Source of the DNA: Candidatus Falkowbacteria bacterium CG10_big_fil_rev_8_21_14_0_10_37_14
Lineage (GTDB): Bacteria > Patescibacteriota > Patescibacteriia > Patescibacteriales > Patescibacteriaceae
Assembly (NCBI GenBank): GCA_002778705.1
Contig: PFAM01000004.1
Location: 20,109 to 84,108, forward strand
Reading direction: 5' to 3'
Length of the DNA: 64,000 bases
This document shows positions 63,418-64,000 of the stretch, one piece after another; position 1 is the stretch's first letter; each line of letters begins with the position of its first letter. The translations under genes and the position numbers were made by a program. The notes under the pieces were generated by a model. It saw only the letters and a program-made list of their open reading frames with translations, made no database searches and was not told the DNA's origin.

Positions 63418-63750
63418 TTATTTTAATAATTTAATCAACTCTCTTTTTAATTTCGGTAAACCAATTTTAGCTGTCTCCCAAGCATGATTTAAATCGACAT
63501 CAAAATATTCATGAATTACAATATCACGCATACCGGCAATGTTACGCCAAGGGATATTAGTATTTTGCTTTCTAATACTCTCGGGGATATTTTTAACAGC
63601 TTCGCCGATAATACCGATGCGTCTAATGACCGCGTCTTGTTTTTCTTTGTCAGCTAAAAAATCTTTTTTGCTAACACCATCAATATACTCAGCGACGACT
63701 TCAATACTTTCTAAAATATGCTGAATATAAATTTGAGGATTTTTGATCAT
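63418..63750 (-). CDS. HEPN (DUF86) toxin-type protein, intact
   Basis: 110 aa with an R-x4-H motif (MRDIVIHEY). It overlaps the MNT gene by 4 nt. Confidence 0.8.
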   Translation of the reverse strand: MIKNPQIYIQHILESIEVVAEYIDGVSKKDFLADKEKQDAVIRRIGIIGEAVKNIPESIRKQNTNIPWRNIAGMRDIVIHEYFDVDLNHAWETAKIGLPKLKRELIKLLK

Positions 63751-64000
63751 ATAATTTTAACCAAATCTTTCATAACATAAGTTTTGATAGCCGGCCTTAA
63801 AGCCGCTTTAGTTACCAAGTCAACCTCACGCCCCATAGCATCTTCTAAAGTAAATTTTAAACCGGCCAAATCAAATAAAGTTTTGCCTTTACCAAAATCT
63901 ATGAGTAAATCGATATCACTCTTAGCAGTAGCTTCGCCACGAGCAAAAGACCCAAACAAGCTGGCGCTTTTGACCCCTTGCTGTTTTAAAATCTTTTTTA
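63747..64000 (-). CDS. Minimal nucleotidyltransferase (MNT) antitoxin-type protein, 5' end outside window
   Basis: ...KKILKQQGVKSASLFGSFARGEATAKSDIDLLIDF.... The frame stays open to the window edge. Confidence 0.8.
   Translation of the reverse strand, partial: KKILKQQGVKSASLFGSFARGEATAKSDIDLLIDFGKGKTLFDLAGLKFTLEDAMGREVDLVTKAALRPAIKTYVMKDLVKII

Overview
AT-rich, gene-dense bacterial chromosome segment. Most genes are on the minus strand. The genetic code is standard: TAA, TAG and TGA all terminate ORFs, and RF2 is present with its UGA autoregulatory frameshift. All family calls come from reading translated motifs by eye, with no searches run. I saw no rRNA, tRNA or CRISPR array.

Housekeeping genes are prfB, gap, thrS, asnS, glyQS, ligA, gatC, rnhB, rmuC, galU and an RluA-type pseudouridine synthase. 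They are interleaved with four kinds of accessory content.

1. Envelope-glycan genes: a flippase, four GT2 and two GT-B glycosyltransferases, and an O-antigen-ligase-like protein.
2. A very large set of type IV pilin-like genes. These include three tandem major-pilin paralogues with a PilM-like gene (15.6-18.4 kb). A 12-kb minus-strand cluster (43.1-54.9 kb) holds two parallel four-gene minor-pilin modules plus adhesin-like secreted proteins. Two pilin-LamG paralogues sit at the window ends, each next to a HEPN/MNT toxin-antitoxin pair.
3. A visibly more AT-rich island (35.1-39.8 kb) carrying AbiEi/AbiEii, RhuM, a Gp49(HigB)-like/XRE pair and an acyl-ACP-reductase-like gene.
4. Many decayed accessory genes: one HEPN toxin, the Gp49-like toxin, two four-helix-bundle genes and a transposase remnant.

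This combination (prepilin-rich, T4SS_pilin-like small protein, four-helix-bundle genes, DUF5674-like gene, no Shine-Dalgarno motifs) suggests a CPR/Patescibacteria-type organism. That is an inference.

Most notable observations:
- The duplicated minor-pilin tip modules, one decorated with lectin-like domains (LamG, FISUMP).
- Two C7 tracts in the promoter spacer and 5' coding region of a frame-broken pilin-LamG gene, a candidate phase-variation switch.
- A T-box-like leader on thrS.
- A GC-richer, repeat-containing, foldable 180-bp intergenic element inside the pilus cluster.
- A dispersed repeat family linked to four-helix-bundle cassettes.
- A CPHC thioredoxin-fold protein paired with a CxxC membrane protein.
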